Positions 42,901 through 63,635 of a stretch of DNA of 64,000 nucleotides are shown here, one piece after another. Numbering within the stretch: the stretch's first letter is position 1; every line of letters starts with the position of its first letter. This DNA is from Vicugna vicugna (taxonomy: Eukaryota), in contig MU063790.1 of NCBI GenBank assembly GCA_013265495.1, positions 4,402,001 to 4,466,000 on the forward strand. Reading direction: 5' to 3'. A model generated the notes under the pieces. It searched no databases, was not told the DNA's origin, and worked only from the letters and a program-made list of their open reading frames with translations. A program made the translations under genes and the position numbers.

Positions 42901-45900
42901 AAACATATGCACATCCATGCATCCATCCATTATTCCACAGCTAGCTTTTTTCATTCAGCCACATTTCATGTATATCTTTTTAGGTCTATTTTTCTTTTTT
43001 TGGCTATATCTCTTTCTGTTAAGTCATTGTGTTCTATTTTATTGAGGTACCATGATTTATTTTGTCCCATCTGCTAAAGTGAGCATTTGGGTTGGAGGAG
43101 AACATTTAGTGATGGGAGAAGTAGTTCACAACATACTTGTTAATTGAAAAAGTACATTGCAAAGCAGTAAGTACAATATAATCCCATTCCTGTTGGAAAA
43201 ACTGCCTACACAGCTATCCACGGAGAGGCGTATACTAGGGCATCATGCATCAGGATTCATTTTTCTTGGCTTTATCTCCATTTTCTTTAACGATTAGATA
43301 TTGCTTTTGTAATAAGAACAAAACCCCACAGGAATCTCTTATGTGCATCTACATTCACTTGGGTTGGTAACATCAGGAGTCTTGCCTTGGTGCCTCTCTG
43401 AGGAAAACTGCTGGCGTGGGTTTGAGTAGGTGGGGCTTCCCTTTGCTGGCCCCTTGGAGTAGGAGCTGGAGTTGGGGTGGCCACCTGCTCCAGACCCTTC
43501 CTGCTGGTTACCCATGAGCTGCCCCTTCCAGGCTAGCTTCACCCCCATGGAGGACAAACTCAACCAGGCGCACATCGAAGTTCAGCAGCTGAAGGCATCG
43601 GTTAAGAACTATGAGGGGATGATTGACAACTATAAGAGTCAGGTAGGCCTCTCAGGTGCCATGGCCCTGCCAGGGCAGCGCCTCCCTGTGGGCTGGGAGA
43701 TTAACCACAGTCCCCCCCTCCCCCGGGAAGGGTTAGGTGAGGAAGATGTTTTTCTCCAAAACTTGGCTCTGCCCAAGATGGCCCGATGCTTTGTTGGTCC
43801 CTAGGTGATGAAGACCAGATTGGAGGCTGATGAAGTGGCTGCCCAGCTGGAGCGCTGTGACAAAGAGAACAAGATCCTTAAAGATGAGATGAACAAAGAG
43901 ATTGAAGCGGTACTGCCCCCCTGCCTCGTCTCCTTTCCCTGCCCAGTTCTGTGTCTGTCATTCTGTCCCTCTTGTTTGTCATGGACCCTCTGTGATGTGG
44001 ACAACAAAGATTCATGAATTTTCTTACCGCTGGGCCCATCCACTCTACTGTATATGCACCCTCTCCTTCCTTATTGCATCTCTTCTCTCTCTCGTGCTTC
44101 CTCTTTCTCTTTCTCCTCCTGGTTTCCTCCCTTCTTCATTTTCCTTTTTTAAAAAAAAAAACACTCTCCCCTGCTTGGAGCATCCAAATGGATTCAGATC
44201 CACAGATCTGTCAGATCTGAGGTGTGCCTATTTCATTCTATGTGGTGTCTTTATTTTGTGCCAGCCAAAAAATATGCCTCCTGTCCCCTTCCCCAAGAGC
44301 CTTATTCTTCTAGAGATGGCTTTGCTCACTAGAAGCAAAGGGATCCTCTTAATAGTGACCTTGGAGATGGACTGAGTCCAGGCTCACTCATTAACCTGTT
44401 GCACAGCCTTGGGCAACTCACTGCCCCACTCTAGTCCTCAGGCTCCTTGTTAATACGAGGAAGGACTAAGACCAGATAGCTGATTGCTTTTCCTCTGACC
44501 TCGAGCATTGTGATGGCCTTCCAATGGGCTCTGGAGTTAGACTAGACTTGAATCCTGGCTCTAGCAGTTTCTAGCTGAGGGACCTTGGGCCCATGATCCT
44601 TTGATCCTTAGTGTCCTTATATGGGGACAACAGCACCTATTTTATAGGTTGTTACATGAATTCAGTGAGTTATTCAGAGAGCCCATAGCACAATGCTTGG
44701 GTCCTGCTGTTTGCTATGTGGTTGCCACTGTTATTCAATGACTAAAGGAGCAGCAGGCTCAAGTGGCAAGTCAGGGCCAAGTGCATCCCCAAGAGAACAG
44801 CTAGACACCCTCAGTGGCCTGCAGGGAGGCCACACTTCTGCCCGAGGATCTTGTTTGATTGTCTTCTGGGGACCCAGCATAGCCCTGCCCTAACTCCAAA
44901 GGACTCTGCCTGGCCCTCCAGCAGCCAGGCCTGTCCCAGCTGTGGACTCCTCTCTCCCACCCCAGGCACGGAGGCAGTTCCAGTCCCAGCTGGCTGACCT
45001 GCAGCAGCTGCCTGACATCCTCAAGATCACGGAGGCTAAGTTGGCAGAGTGCCAAGACCAGCTGCAGGGCTATGAGAGAAAGAATATTGACCTCACAGCC
45101 ATCATATCAGACCTGCGCAGCCGGGTAAGGGACTGGCAGAAAGGGTCCCACGAACTGGCCCGAGCAGGGGCCCGCTTACCAAGATGAGCTGCACGCCCCC
45201 CCAAGGGAGGACCACTTCCTTTTCCTTGGCTGCCGCTTTCTGAAAGGAGTGAGCTATCATCAGTGCTGTGAAATAAAAGTCTGGTGTGCCAAATGCCTTG
45301 TGTTTGCACAAAGTGATTGTAGTCATAGGAGCCGCCACTCGCTTGTAGCTCCCGGGCCCTCCTGACCTCGCCCCTCCCCGAGAGCTCCATGTCTCCGCCG
45401 GCCTCTGCCCTTCACGCTCCGCTGCTGTCCTCTGCCCTGCAGCCACAGACGGGAGACGCCAGCAGACACCAAGCCATACGCTTTCTTTTTCCATCTTTTT
45501 CTTGTTTTAGCTGCCTTTCCCTAGTCTTAACTGATCTGTTGCCTGAGCTTCTGTCCTGAAAAAGGGCTTCCTTTCTCCCAGAAGCCATCTGCCTCTGGGT
45601 TACTGGCACCAAGCCTACGGTGTCTAAGAAATTACATGCCTCTCATTTGCACTGTGACCTTGGGCAAGACCCTTCCCCTCTCTTGACCTGCTTCCCTGTA
45701 GTAACAATACAAGTAGTTACCTTTTTTGAGCACATGTTCTGTGCTCTAGCATTCTCTCAGTTCTCCCAGGAACTTTGTGAGGGGTCTCATTCTCCCCATT
45801 TTACAGAAAGCAGCCCAGGGCAGAGAGGGCGGGGAGTAATTTCCTGAGGTCACAGAGCTAATGTTTGTAAACAGGGCCTGGAACCCAGCCAGCTCTGTCT

Positions 45901-48900
45901 GGTTCCTGAGCCCATGTTCTCCGTACTCTGAAATCACATGCCCTCTCTTGAACCTAAGCATTCTCAGGGCCTTTCAGGCCCAGATATCTGAGGCTTCTGC
46001 AGAAAGCAACCTGGATAACTTCTCAAACTTGCCAGCCTGAAAGACTCAATAGATTTCCTGTGGCCTTGCCTGCACTCATCCCCAGTTAAGATGAATGAAA
46101 TCGGCAGTCCCACCAACATCCTTGGTAAAGCTCCGTGGTGTGTCTCATGGGCCAGCTAGGCCTGCCGTCTGCTTCTGCCTTCTCATGTCTGCCCGGATCC
46201 CACTGAGTGACCTCTCCTGTTCAAGAGAGTCACTGTGGCTCTTCAGGATCGAAGCTGGCCTCTCTCGCTGTGGGGAAGCCATCAGTCCTGGGGGCTGGGC
46301 CTAACCTGTCCCTGCTCTCCTCTCTCCTCCAGGTTGTGCGTTGAGACTTGGATGCCTGCTGAGGGCAGTGTGCCTCTCTCCTGGGTGTGGATGACAGGTC
46401 CTAGGGTGAAGGGAGGGCTGTACTGGGAAGTTCTTCATAAACCAGTCTGTGTTCCTGTCATTTTAGATCGAACATCAGGGGGACAAGCTGGAGATGGTGA
46501 GAGAGAAACATCAAGCCTCCCAGAAGGAAAATAAACAGCTGAGTCTGAAGGTGGATGAACTGGAGAGGTTAGAGGCACTTGGTAGCATCTCTGTCCTCTT
46601 CCTAGGACCTGAGTCTTTCAGCCACTTAGCTGCTTTGAGCTTAGTGTGCCAAAGTGTTTGAGGGACTCAAGGCCCTGGAAGGTACTAGGCAGACCTCAGA
46701 GGAAAAGCTGCTTCCATTGCAGTGGTAAGCATTGTGGGAGAGAGGAAGGTGGTCTCTGGCCAGTGTTGGATGCTCTGTAACAGTGTGATCGAGGTCAGAC
46801 CACTCATGGGCACCACCTATCAGAAAGGCACACTTCATCCAAGCAAACCAGCAGAGCTAGGATGCTGCAATGGGGAGCGTTCCCCCAATTCTGCTCTTTG
46901 TTCCCGATCATCCCAAGACCTTTCTGATCTCTTATCTGTTACTTACGGAGACTGTTGGAGGCAGTCAGATGAAGAGTACACCTTTTGGAATCCAAAGCCC
47001 TGGCCTTGGGTCCCAAGTTGGCCATGTAACCTACATTGTGACCTTGAGCAAATCATTTCACCCTTTCGAACCTGTTTCCTCATCTTGAGAAAGGGATCAA
47101 GGTAGGGGTAACAATCCAGCTCATGGGGTTATTGTGAGTCTTCAGTGAGATAATCCTCAAAGGGTTTACGCACATTGCCTGGCAGTACAAAAATGTGCAT
47201 TATAGGTTAGTATATATGAGTTGGTGTTATCCCAATTTTAGATATGAGGAAACTGAACTTGGGGGGAGGTTAAGTGACTTGCCCAAGGTCACACAGCTGG
47301 TACTTGGCAAAGCTTTGATTTAGACTTTCTTCCTCCAGAGCTTTTAGCATCTGTATATTTTGGGCTGGAGCCTTAGTTTCAGAGACGGGAGGCTGCAATT
47401 GGCCCAGGTGGCTCATGCAGCCTGCTGGCAGGGGCTTGAAGCAGGTGGTCTCCCCTGGGCTCCACCTCTGCTCTGCTGGCCTTGAAGATGCAGCTGGATT
47501 CAGCAGGACTTGCAGAGCTCCTTTAATTGGAAGGTGTTCTGGAATTGCAGTGGGGGACCACATGTGCACACAGAATGGTCGCTGCTGCCCCATGGTGATG
47601 TTGAGTGGTCCAGCTGAAGTCTCTGCTGAGGGAGGCAGCAGTGGACAGAAGAAGCTGTGTGGGCATGAGTTGTGGTGACAGACCTGCCGGTTGTGCTGAC
47701 CTTGAGCCAATGGCTTCACCTCTCTGTGGCTCGGTTTCTTCACCTGTGAAGTGGGGAGAATGATGGAGCCCACCTTCCTGAGCTGCAGGTTGCCGTATTA
47801 CATGTGATGACATGCACATTTAGCACAGTGCACACGGTGCTCGCTTCTCCCACTCCTCATACAGTTCTCTGACCACCTGCTCCTGCTGACATTTCCTTGC
47901 TGCCTTGCTGATCAGCAGATTTCTTTGGTTTATCCCTGTTTTTCCTTGGAGAGCTCCTTGGTGTGATGAGAACCCCTGTCTGGGGTGCCTGGCAGCTCCC
48001 TGACCGTGTGGAACAGGACAGGTAGGGGGATGAGCAGGATCTAATTGAATGCTTTCACCTAGGAAACTGGAGGCGACCAGTGCCCAGAATATCGAGTTCC
48101 TACAGGTGATTGCCAAGAGGGAGGAGGCAATCCACCAGTCCCAGCTGCGACTGGAGGAGAAAACACGGGAATGTGGGTCCCTGGCGAGGCAGCTGGAGAG
48201 CGCCATTGAAGATGCCAAGCGGCAGGTCAGTTTTGAATTTATTACTAACTAGCTTTATATCTTTGGGCAAATTGCCCAGCCTCTCTGAGCCTATCTTCCC
48301 ATCTGAAAAATGGGTACATCATAGTAGTACCTGCCTCATGAATCATAAGGATTAAATAAGCAATTATTACAAAGAATTACAATTGTTCTTTTAATTACTG
48401 CCTGCGTGGGCCTCAGACAGGTTTACCACATCCTAGGTGATGACTCATGGAGCATTGGCAAAGGGCAGATAAAGCTGCATTGTACAAGTTGTCCCCATGG
48501 TTAGCTCCCACCCTGAGGCTCCAGAGAACTTTCCACGGCGACATGCAAGTGTCATCTGCAAGACCAGTTAGTGGGAGCAGCCCAGCCTGCTCTTTACCGG
48601 GCGTTCCCCTTGTTGGGTAAGCCAGCCCCACCTCTGTCCCTTTTGGGCAGGTGGAACAGACCAAGGAGAATGCAGCCTCCAAGGAGCGAGCAGCCCAGAA
48701 CAAAATCCTGGACCTTGAGACCCAGCTGAGCAGGACCAAAACTGAACTCAGCCAGCTTCGGCGGAGCCGGGATGATGTGAGTCGGGCTGGGGATAGGGAA
48801 GCAGACAAGAAGGGAGTGGGTGGAGATTTTAGCTTCCTGGGGCCTGCCGGGCAAGGTGTTTTGTTTTTATGAATATGACATAGTTTTATTTTTCTCTCAT

Positions 48901-49396
48901 CACTTTCCCGCCCCTTCAGACTATCCCAGGCCGATCCCCCTTGTTTATTCACAGCTTTTAAGACAGCATGTACCATAAAATTCACTCATTTAAATTGTAC
49001 AATAACAGTGGTTTTTAATATATTCAGAGTTGTGCAGTTATGACAATCTAGGTTTAGAATATTTTCAGAAAGAAAATTACCTGTTAGCAGTCACTCCCAT
49101 TGCCCTGCCCTGAACCCCTGGCAACCACTCGTAAAGTCTCTGTTGCTATGCGTTTGTCTGTACTGGACATTACACACACTCGGCCCTGGCTCTGTTCCTC
49201 CCCCTAGGCTGACCGCCGCTACCAGAGCCGGCTGCAAGACCTGAAAGACCGCCTGGAGCAGTCGGAGAGCACCAATCGCAGCATGCAGAACTACGTCCAG
49301 TTCCTCAAGTCATCCTATGCCAATGTGTTTGGGGACGGTGCCTACACTACCTACCTGACCAGCTCTCCCATCCGCTCCCGATCTCCTCCTGCCTAA
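19035..49396 (+). CDS. ODF2: ODF2 / cenexin (outer dense fiber protein 2), long isoform
   Basis: Exons 19035-19066, 20394-20484, [masked alternative exon ~21286-21410], 21688-21813, ~26478-26651 (mostly N), 27593-27753, 28464-28593, 29152-29283, 36207-36278, 37481-37552, 37674-37790, 38424-38609, 39102-39211, 41194-41329, 43532-43642, 43805-43909, 44966-45124, 46467-46567, 48063-48225, 48651-48776, 49208-49396. All visible boundaries are GT-AG and in phase. About 830 aa, MSASSSGGSPRFPSCGKNG...LTSSPIRSRSPPA*. Confidence 0.95.
20394..20484 (+). CDS. ODF2: ODF2 exon
   Basis: gttcag|GTTTCCA...GTGACG|gtaggt; FPSCGKNGVTSLTQKKVLRTPCGAPSVTVT. Confidence 0.92.
21284..21415. other. N-run 3 (132 nt), probably hiding the cenexin-specific exon (MKDRSSTPPLH...)
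   Basis: The Ns begin right after a polypyrimidine tract ending ...gttgtcctcccac. The position between the SVTVT and KSHKRG exons is where the cenexin N-terminal exon lies in human and mouse, and that exon is not visible elsewhere in the window. Confidence 0.7.
21688..21813 (+). CDS. ODF2: ODF2 exon with two donors (21756 and 21813)
   Basis: ccacag|AAATCT...ACCAAG|gtacct or ...TGGGAG|gtaggc; KSHKRGMKGDTVNVRRSVRVKTK(VPWMPPGKSSTRHVGCKWE). Confidence 0.93.
22608..22928 (+). mobile_element. MER2 (Tigger-derived MITE), centre masked by N-run 4 (22648-22778, 131 nt)
   Basis: TA on both flanks; imperfect TIRs ctgtcggccctcc / gagggacagctg; internal tttaaagtatacaggaggatgtgc...ggattttggtatc...cctggaaccaatcc matches MER2. 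Confidence 0.85.
23842..24025 (-). mobile_element. Young L1 3' end with 16-bp TSD
   Basis: TSD ctgcttgaatttcttt at 23826-23841 and 24026-24041; L1 3' UTR motifs tttattgacgtatag...gtttctggtgtacagc...aatatagttccctgtgct. Confidence 0.85.
24709..24837 (-). mobile_element. Vic-1-like SINE, copy 2
   Basis: tRNA-Ala-like head with A/B boxes on the - strand; TSD cttggtgaa at 24696-24704 and 24837-24845. Confidence 0.88.
26478..26651 (+). CDS. ODF2: ODF2 exon, mostly hidden by N-run 5 (26477-26624, 148 nt)
   Basis: Polypyrimidine tract ...ctccctcctctaca[N]; the visible 3' end AATGCGGTTGGTTGTCTCAAGTCTGAG|gtgagg = NAVGCLKSE matches ODF2. The start is inferred. Confidence 0.8.
27593..27753 (+). CDS. 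ODF2: ODF2 exon
   Basis: gcacag|GTCAAG...CACCAT|gtaagg; VKMQKGERQMAKRFLEERKEELEEVAQELAETEHENTVLRHNIERIKEEKDFT. Confidence 0.93.
28464..28593 (+). CDS. ODF2: ODF2 exon
   Basis: ccccag|GCTTCAG...AAGACA|gtaggt; LQKKHLQQEKECLMSKLVEAEMDGAAAAKQVMALKDTIGKLKT. Confidence 0.93.
29152..29283 (+). CDS. ODF2: ODF2 exon
   Basis: ttccag|GAGAAA...AAAGAG|gtgagc; EKQMTCSDINTLTRQKELLLQKLSTFEETNRTLRDLLREQHCKE. Confidence 0.93.
30334..30829 (-). mobile_element. ERV1-class LTR (3' LTR of an antisense provirus)
   Basis: On the - strand it begins TG right after a polypurine tract AAGGGGAAGAAAG (30830-30842) and ends ...cactaACA at 30334. It has an internal AATAAAAG and a pyrimidine-rich R/U5-like segment (ctctctcgaattctttctc). 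Confidence 0.75.
30830..34850 (-). mobile_element. Degenerate ERV1 (MER4-group-like) internal sequence with env TM and integrase C-terminal remnants; no 5' LTR seen
   Basis: - strand translations: DSLALLTANQ (31363-31334), REERCFCYNQSGQI (~31320-31280), WLLPFLGPATIILLALLFGPFLI* (31190-31119), KRLQQFQ; and KDSFQARW*DPYQVFLTSSCTMKLKEIDS*I (~33115-33025), a GPY/F-like integrase tail. The right boundary is approximate. Confidence 0.75.
34674..34802 (-). mobile_element. Vic-1-like SINE, copy 3 (inside the ERV remnant)
   Basis: ggtaattaggtttatttattt...gaggtactggggattgaacccaggacc...ttgagctgtaccctgcccc. Confidence 0.85.
35170..35850 (+). mobile_element. Old L1M 3' fragment
   Basis: caaatggctaataaacatatga...gagaaatgcaaattaaaac, and aaaattctggaactagataggagggatgg...atgccactgaattttacac; approximate. 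Confidence 0.6.
36207..36278 (+). CDS. ODF2: ODF2 exon
   Basis: ttgaag|GATTCT...AAAGCG|gtaaca; DSEKLMEQQGALLKRLAEADSEKA. Confidence 0.92.
36691..36770 (+). mobile_element. 80-nt L1 3'-terminal micro-insertion with 16-bp TSD
   Basis: TSD aagaaacaaaaggagg at 36675-36690 and 36771-36786; insert ccagaaattgacacaacattgtaaactgactatacgtcAATAAAaa... Confidence 0.85.
36886..36945. repeat. (GA)~30 microsatellite
   Basis: Directly seen. Shorter (TG)n tracts occur at 37244-37264 and ~60436-60452. Confidence 0.97.
37481..37552 (+). CDS. ODF2: ODF2 exon
   Basis: ctccag|CGCCTG...GAGAAG|gtacca; RLLLLLQDKDKEVEELLQEIQCEK. Confidence 0.93.
37674..37790 (+). CDS. ODF2: ODF2 exon
   Basis: ccaaag|GCTCAA...ATCAAG|gtacct; AQAKTASELSKSMESMRGHLQAQLRCKEAENSRLCMQIK. 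Confidence 0.93.
38424..38609 (+). CDS. ODF2: ODF2 exon
   Basis: gcccag|AACCTG...GACAAG|gtagca; NLERSGNQHKAEVEAIMEQLKELK...EQLHVQLADK. Confidence 0.93.
39102..39211 (+). CDS. ODF2: ODF2 exon
   Basis: tcccag|GATCTT...GAACGA|gtacgt; DLYVAEALSTLESWRSRYNQVVKDKGDLELEIIVLN. Confidence 0.93.
39399..40068. repeat. Near-perfect 334/335-bp direct tandem duplication (39399-39732 and 39734-40068)
   Basis: Base-by-base comparison: identical except one extra G in copy 2 (cacctggcc vs cacctgggcc); a single A spacer at 39733. Confidence 0.97.
41194..41329 (+). CDS. ODF2: ODF2 exon
   Basis: ttccag|CCGGGTG...CTGAAG|gtctgt; RVTDLVNQQQTLEEKMREDRDSLVERLHRQTAEYSAFKLENERLK. Confidence 0.93.
43532..43642 (+). CDS. 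ODF2: ODF2 exon
   Basis: ttccag|GCTAGC...AGTCAG|gtaggc; ASFTPMEDKLNQAHIEVQQLKASVKNYEGMIDNYKSQ. Confidence 0.93.
43805..43909 (+). CDS. ODF2: ODF2 exon
   Basis: ccctag|GTGATG...GAAGCG|gtactg; VMKTRLEADEVAAQLERCDKENKILKDEMNKEIEA. Confidence 0.93.
44966..45187 (+). CDS. ODF2: ODF2 composite exon: spliced at 45124 (cenexin) or read through to a stop at 45187 (short sperm-tail ODF2)
   Basis: ccccag|GCACGG...AGCCGG|gtaagg; read-through VRDWQKGSHELARAGARLPR*; AATAAA at 45272-45277. Confidence 0.93.
   Translation, partial: ARRQFQSQLADLQQLPDILKITEAKLAECQDQLQGYERKNIDLTAIISDLRSRVRDWQKGSHELARAGARLPR
45272..45277 (+). terminator. Intronic polyadenylation signal for the short ODF2 isoform
   Basis: gtgaAATAAAagtc, 85 nt after the short-isoform stop, followed by TG-rich sequence. 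Confidence 0.85.
46467..46567 (+). CDS. ODF2: ODF2 (cenexin C-terminal extension) exon
   Basis: ttttag|ATCGAA...GGAGAG|gttaga; IEHQGDKLEMVREKHQASQKENKQLSLKVDELER. Confidence 0.92.
48063..48225 (+). CDS. ODF2: ODF2 (cenexin) exon
   Basis: acctag|GAAACTG...CGGCAG|gtcagt; KLEATSAQNIEFLQVIAKREEAIHQSQLRLEEKTRECGSLARQLESAIEDAKRQ. Confidence 0.93.
48651..48776 (+). CDS. ODF2: ODF2 (cenexin) exon
   Basis: gggcag|GTGGAA...GATGAT|gtgagt; VEQTKENAASKERAAQNKILDLETQLSRTKTELSQLRRSRDD. Confidence 0.93.
49208..49396 (+). CDS. ODF2: ODF2 (cenexin) last coding exon, not in the ORF track
   Basis: ccctag|GCTGAC...GCCTAA; ADRRYQSRLQDLKDRLEQSESTNRSMQNYVQFLKSSYANVFGDGAYTTYLTSSPIRSRSPPA*. The S-S-P at 49361-49369 corresponds to the human Plk1 polo-box docking site S796. 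Confidence 0.94.
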   Translation, partial: ADRRYQSRLQDLKDRLEQSESTNRSMQNYVQFLKSSYANVFGDGAYTTYLTSSPIRSRSPPA

Positions 49397-50167
49397 GGCC
49401 ACCATTCTTGGGCTAGGAGCTCAGATGGATGCCGTGGGAACTGGGGCATTGCTAAGCCATACCTGGAAAGCCTGTTGGTTTTCCTCTCTCTTCCAGTGAT
49501 GAAGTATGTTCGGGATCTTGTCTTAGCTACTAGCTCCAGAAAAGTGCCGAAAGTAGCGGGGGATGAAGCAGGACCTACTTAATTCTCTCCTCTCTGACAG
49601 AGTCGCCTGATGGAAGTTTTTTAATTACCCTGACAGGCCTTAAATCTACTACCATTAGGATCAGAATTTAACTCACCATGACTTTGCTCATTCCTCCCGA
49701 GAGAATGTTCGGATTGGACTTTCTCTCCAGTCCCCTTACAGCGCCCCTCTTTTGAGGACCCTCTCTTGGGTTTTCTCTGACCTGAATGAGCAGGAGCTGT
49801 TAGCCAGAGGCCGTCACCGCACCTCCCGAGCACATTCACTTGCTGTTTTCCTTATTTCACAGGTACGGTGTCTTCCCCAAGGTGCTCCCCTCCCAAGCCC
49901 AGTGGAAACCTCTCATGGCCAAGTGTCCTTGAGGCCACTTGGGCTCTACACTTCACAGTAGACACTTGAGGGCTTATGTCCACTTGCCCTCGTAAAAGTT
50001 GATTGCCAATCTCATTTATTTTTGTTTCTCTTTGCCAGGTTTCTATCTATGGAATGCATTTATTCTTGGAAAATGTGTGTTGTTTTACAAAAAGCTTTTA
50101 TAATCTTATTTAAGGCTCCATTGGATGACTTCTTTACCCACCACCACCCCTCTTCTAAGAATGATTC

Positions 50168-50173
50168 ATTAAA
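50168..50173 (+). terminator. Candidate distal ODF2 poly(A) signal ATTAAA
   Basis: First AWTAAA hexamer I found after the long-isoform stop, with T-rich sequence downstream (~50230-50250); not confirmed. Confidence 0.4.
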
Positions 50174-51214
50174 GTGCTGCAGGAGAGCCAGTAAACATTT
50201 TTAAAGGATTTGGTGCATGGAACATAAGACTTTTCATTTTATTTTGGCCCAGTTGGCTCTTTCTCCCTTGTGTGCTTTCACTTATAATCCCATGAAGGGC
50301 CTGGAGGAGACACTGTAAGGCACTGCTCAGTGTTTGAGGGCCGACTACATTAGCTGTTAGGAGGAAGATGGGATGTGTATGTATTATTATTTTTTAAATG
50401 TTAATTGGCTTCTAAATGATAAGATTATGAGCTATTTTTGTTCTCTTCACATTTTCCTGTATTTAAAAGAAAGAACAACAAATTCTTCAGAGAGAAGAGA
50501 ACAAATTTGGTACTGTGCTGAACCCCAACCTTTTCATTCTAGTTGGTATTGGCCTTCTGGGTGGCCATCCAATCCAGTCTTCCCTTGGCCACTCTAACCC
50601 AAGTTCAGAACTCTAGCGAATTCTCCTGAGTCCTCAAAAGCAGTGGGTCCTCACCCAGGCACCTGGATTTCACTACCAGAACCGCCCTCCCCCTGCCCCA
50701 ATTGTGGAGACACTTGTAGTTTCCAGCTTTCAATTTGGCCAGGGAAGGTCACTGAAATAACAACTACTACCAGCTACCATTGCCACAAAACCAAGCCTGT
50801 TTTCACACCCTTAAAGTAAATGAACTTGAACTTTCATACAGTGTATGAAAGATCTTCCTAAGAAAGACAGTTGGCAAACTTACACCAATGTGCATACTTT
50901 GCTATATAACTCATTACTCTTACTTCTGTCTAACAAATACCTCCTCAATGCAGAGCACTGCTATTTATAATGCTGGTATAGGAAACACCTCTCCGGGTCC
51001 ATTGCTTGGATTCTTCTAACAACATTCTATTTTTCTTTGTAAAATATTGTATTACAAAAAGTCCAGAGAGTTTGTGAAAAATGAAAAATGTTTATACTGA
51101 TTCAAACTCCAGAGTTTTCCTTTGGCTTCAAACTGAGATCTCATGAAATAGGCAAAAAAGGGTAGAAAGTTAAAGGGTCCTAGTTAAAGCTGATCCCGGG
51201 CAATGGTGAATCTT

Positions 51215-51830
51215 CGATTTATTGAGGTATAATTCACATACCATAAAATTTACCCTTTTAAACTGTGTAATTCAGTGTTCTTTTCAGTATAGTCAAAGTT
51301 GTGCACCAGCCACCATTATCTAATTCTTGAACATTTTCATCACCCCCAAATGAAACATATCCATTAGTAGCCACTCCCCATTCCCCTCCCACCAGCCCCT
51401 GCAACCACTAATAAAGTCTCTTATCTCCAGCTTTGTCACTGGACATTTCACATAAATGAAATCATATAACATTGTGACTGGCTTCCTTAATGTTTTCAAG
51501 GTGCATGTCGTAGCATCTATTTCTACTTCATTATTATGGCCCAGTAATATTCTGTTGTGTGGATACACCATATTTTATTGACTCATCAGCTGATAGGCAC
51601 TTGGGTTTACATTTTTGGCTATTATGAGAAATGCCGCTACCAATATTCTACAAGTTTTTTTGCGGACACATTTGTTTCCTTTTGCGCAGACACCTAGAAG
51701 AATTGCTGGGTCAATGGCAACTCTAATGTTTTGACCAACTGCCAGACTGTCTTCTACCGGAGTTGCCCCATTTTAGACTTCCACCAGCAGCGTATGAGGG
51801 TTCCAATATCTCGACATCCTCATCAATACC
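51215..51830 (-). mobile_element. Old L1M (L1MB-like) 3' fragment between ODF2 and GLE1; similar old L1 pieces at ~12480-12720, 29850-30330, 42040-42610, 48960-49180, 53000-54050
   Basis: tttattgaggtataattcacataccataaaatttaccctttt...tgaccaactgccagactgt...ccaccagcagcgtatgagggttcca; approximate. Confidence 0.7.
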
Positions 51831-51919
51831 TATTCAGTTTCCTGCAACCGGGCTGGTCCAGTCTTCAGAAGACCCCAGCTTTGAGTTCCCTGCAGGGGAT
51901 CGAGCCTCAGGAGCCAAAG

Positions 51920-62611
<10,692 letters not shown>

Positions 62612-63599
62612 GTAAGGGGGCTCAGGAAGACTCTTGTCTTCTGTCTTTGAAGTGAAGACCCTTAAAAGCAAAATTGTTTTCTGATTTAAAAATAATGCCT
62701 TCTTATTATCACTTATCATCACCTTACCCAGAGATAACCACATTAGCATTTTATATTGTGTGTATGTGTGTTATCCCCACTCTAAAATGGGCTAATATAG
62801 ATACAAAGTTTCTTATATTATGTTAAAAATTATTTGTTTCTTCTAATTGCAGAATACTTTAGTTCATTCATAAATATATACTGAACGCCTGCTGTGGTTA
62901 TGGTAAAAATTAAAATCTTACAGAAATGTATATTGCTTTTTTTCAGGTAACATTGTGTTTTAAACACATAATTACTCTAATCATTACAAATATTTTGGTG
63001 TTTTTAAGGCAGTGTTAAAAACTGCAAGTATTGCTTTGACATATAATAGGTATTCAATAAATATTTGATGAACAGATGAAATCGGATACTTCCAGCATGT
63101 AACCAATTGATTGAAAAAACATGTCTGTTGTAGAACATTTAAGTTTCTGGATTTTCACTGTCATGACTAACACTGCAGTGATCATTTTATGTATGTCTCA
63201 TCTGTATTTCTGATTATTTCTTAGAGGTAAATTCCTAGAAATGAAATTACTTGGTCAAAGAATTTTAAGGTTCTTAATTCACATCCAAAAGTTGTACCAA
63301 TTCTCACTTTTATGAATTGTATATTCTTTGTCCCTAGTTCGTATCTCCACTAGAGTTTGTCTTTTAAAAAATCAACTTAAATGAGTTCTAAAAGTTAAGA
63401 ACTTGAAGCATTTATCACATTTAAGGCAAAAGCTGGTAGTTTATTGTTACCTTTCAATTCTCTTTATAGCTTTTGTTTTACCTTTTTCTTTGTAAAGTGT
63501 CAAACCTACACAAAAGTGAGTTGCCTTTCTAGCATTCTACAGTGACTTGAGAGGTTTTTTTCCTTTTTTTTAAACTATTATTAAGAACACATGAATTTT

Positions 63600-63635
63600 T
63601 TTTTTATTGAGTTATAGTCAGTTTACAATGTTGTG
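63600..63635 (-). mobile_element. 36-nt L1 3'-terminal micro-insertion with perfect 17-bp TSD
   Basis: TSD aagaacacatgaatttt at 63583-63599 and 63636-63652; insert (reverse complement) cacaacattgtaaactgactataactcaataaaaaa. Confidence 0.88.

Noticed and set aside
46530-46535. AATAAA inside a cenexin coding exon
   Set aside because: Formed by codons GAA AAT AAA (ENK); protein constraint explains it
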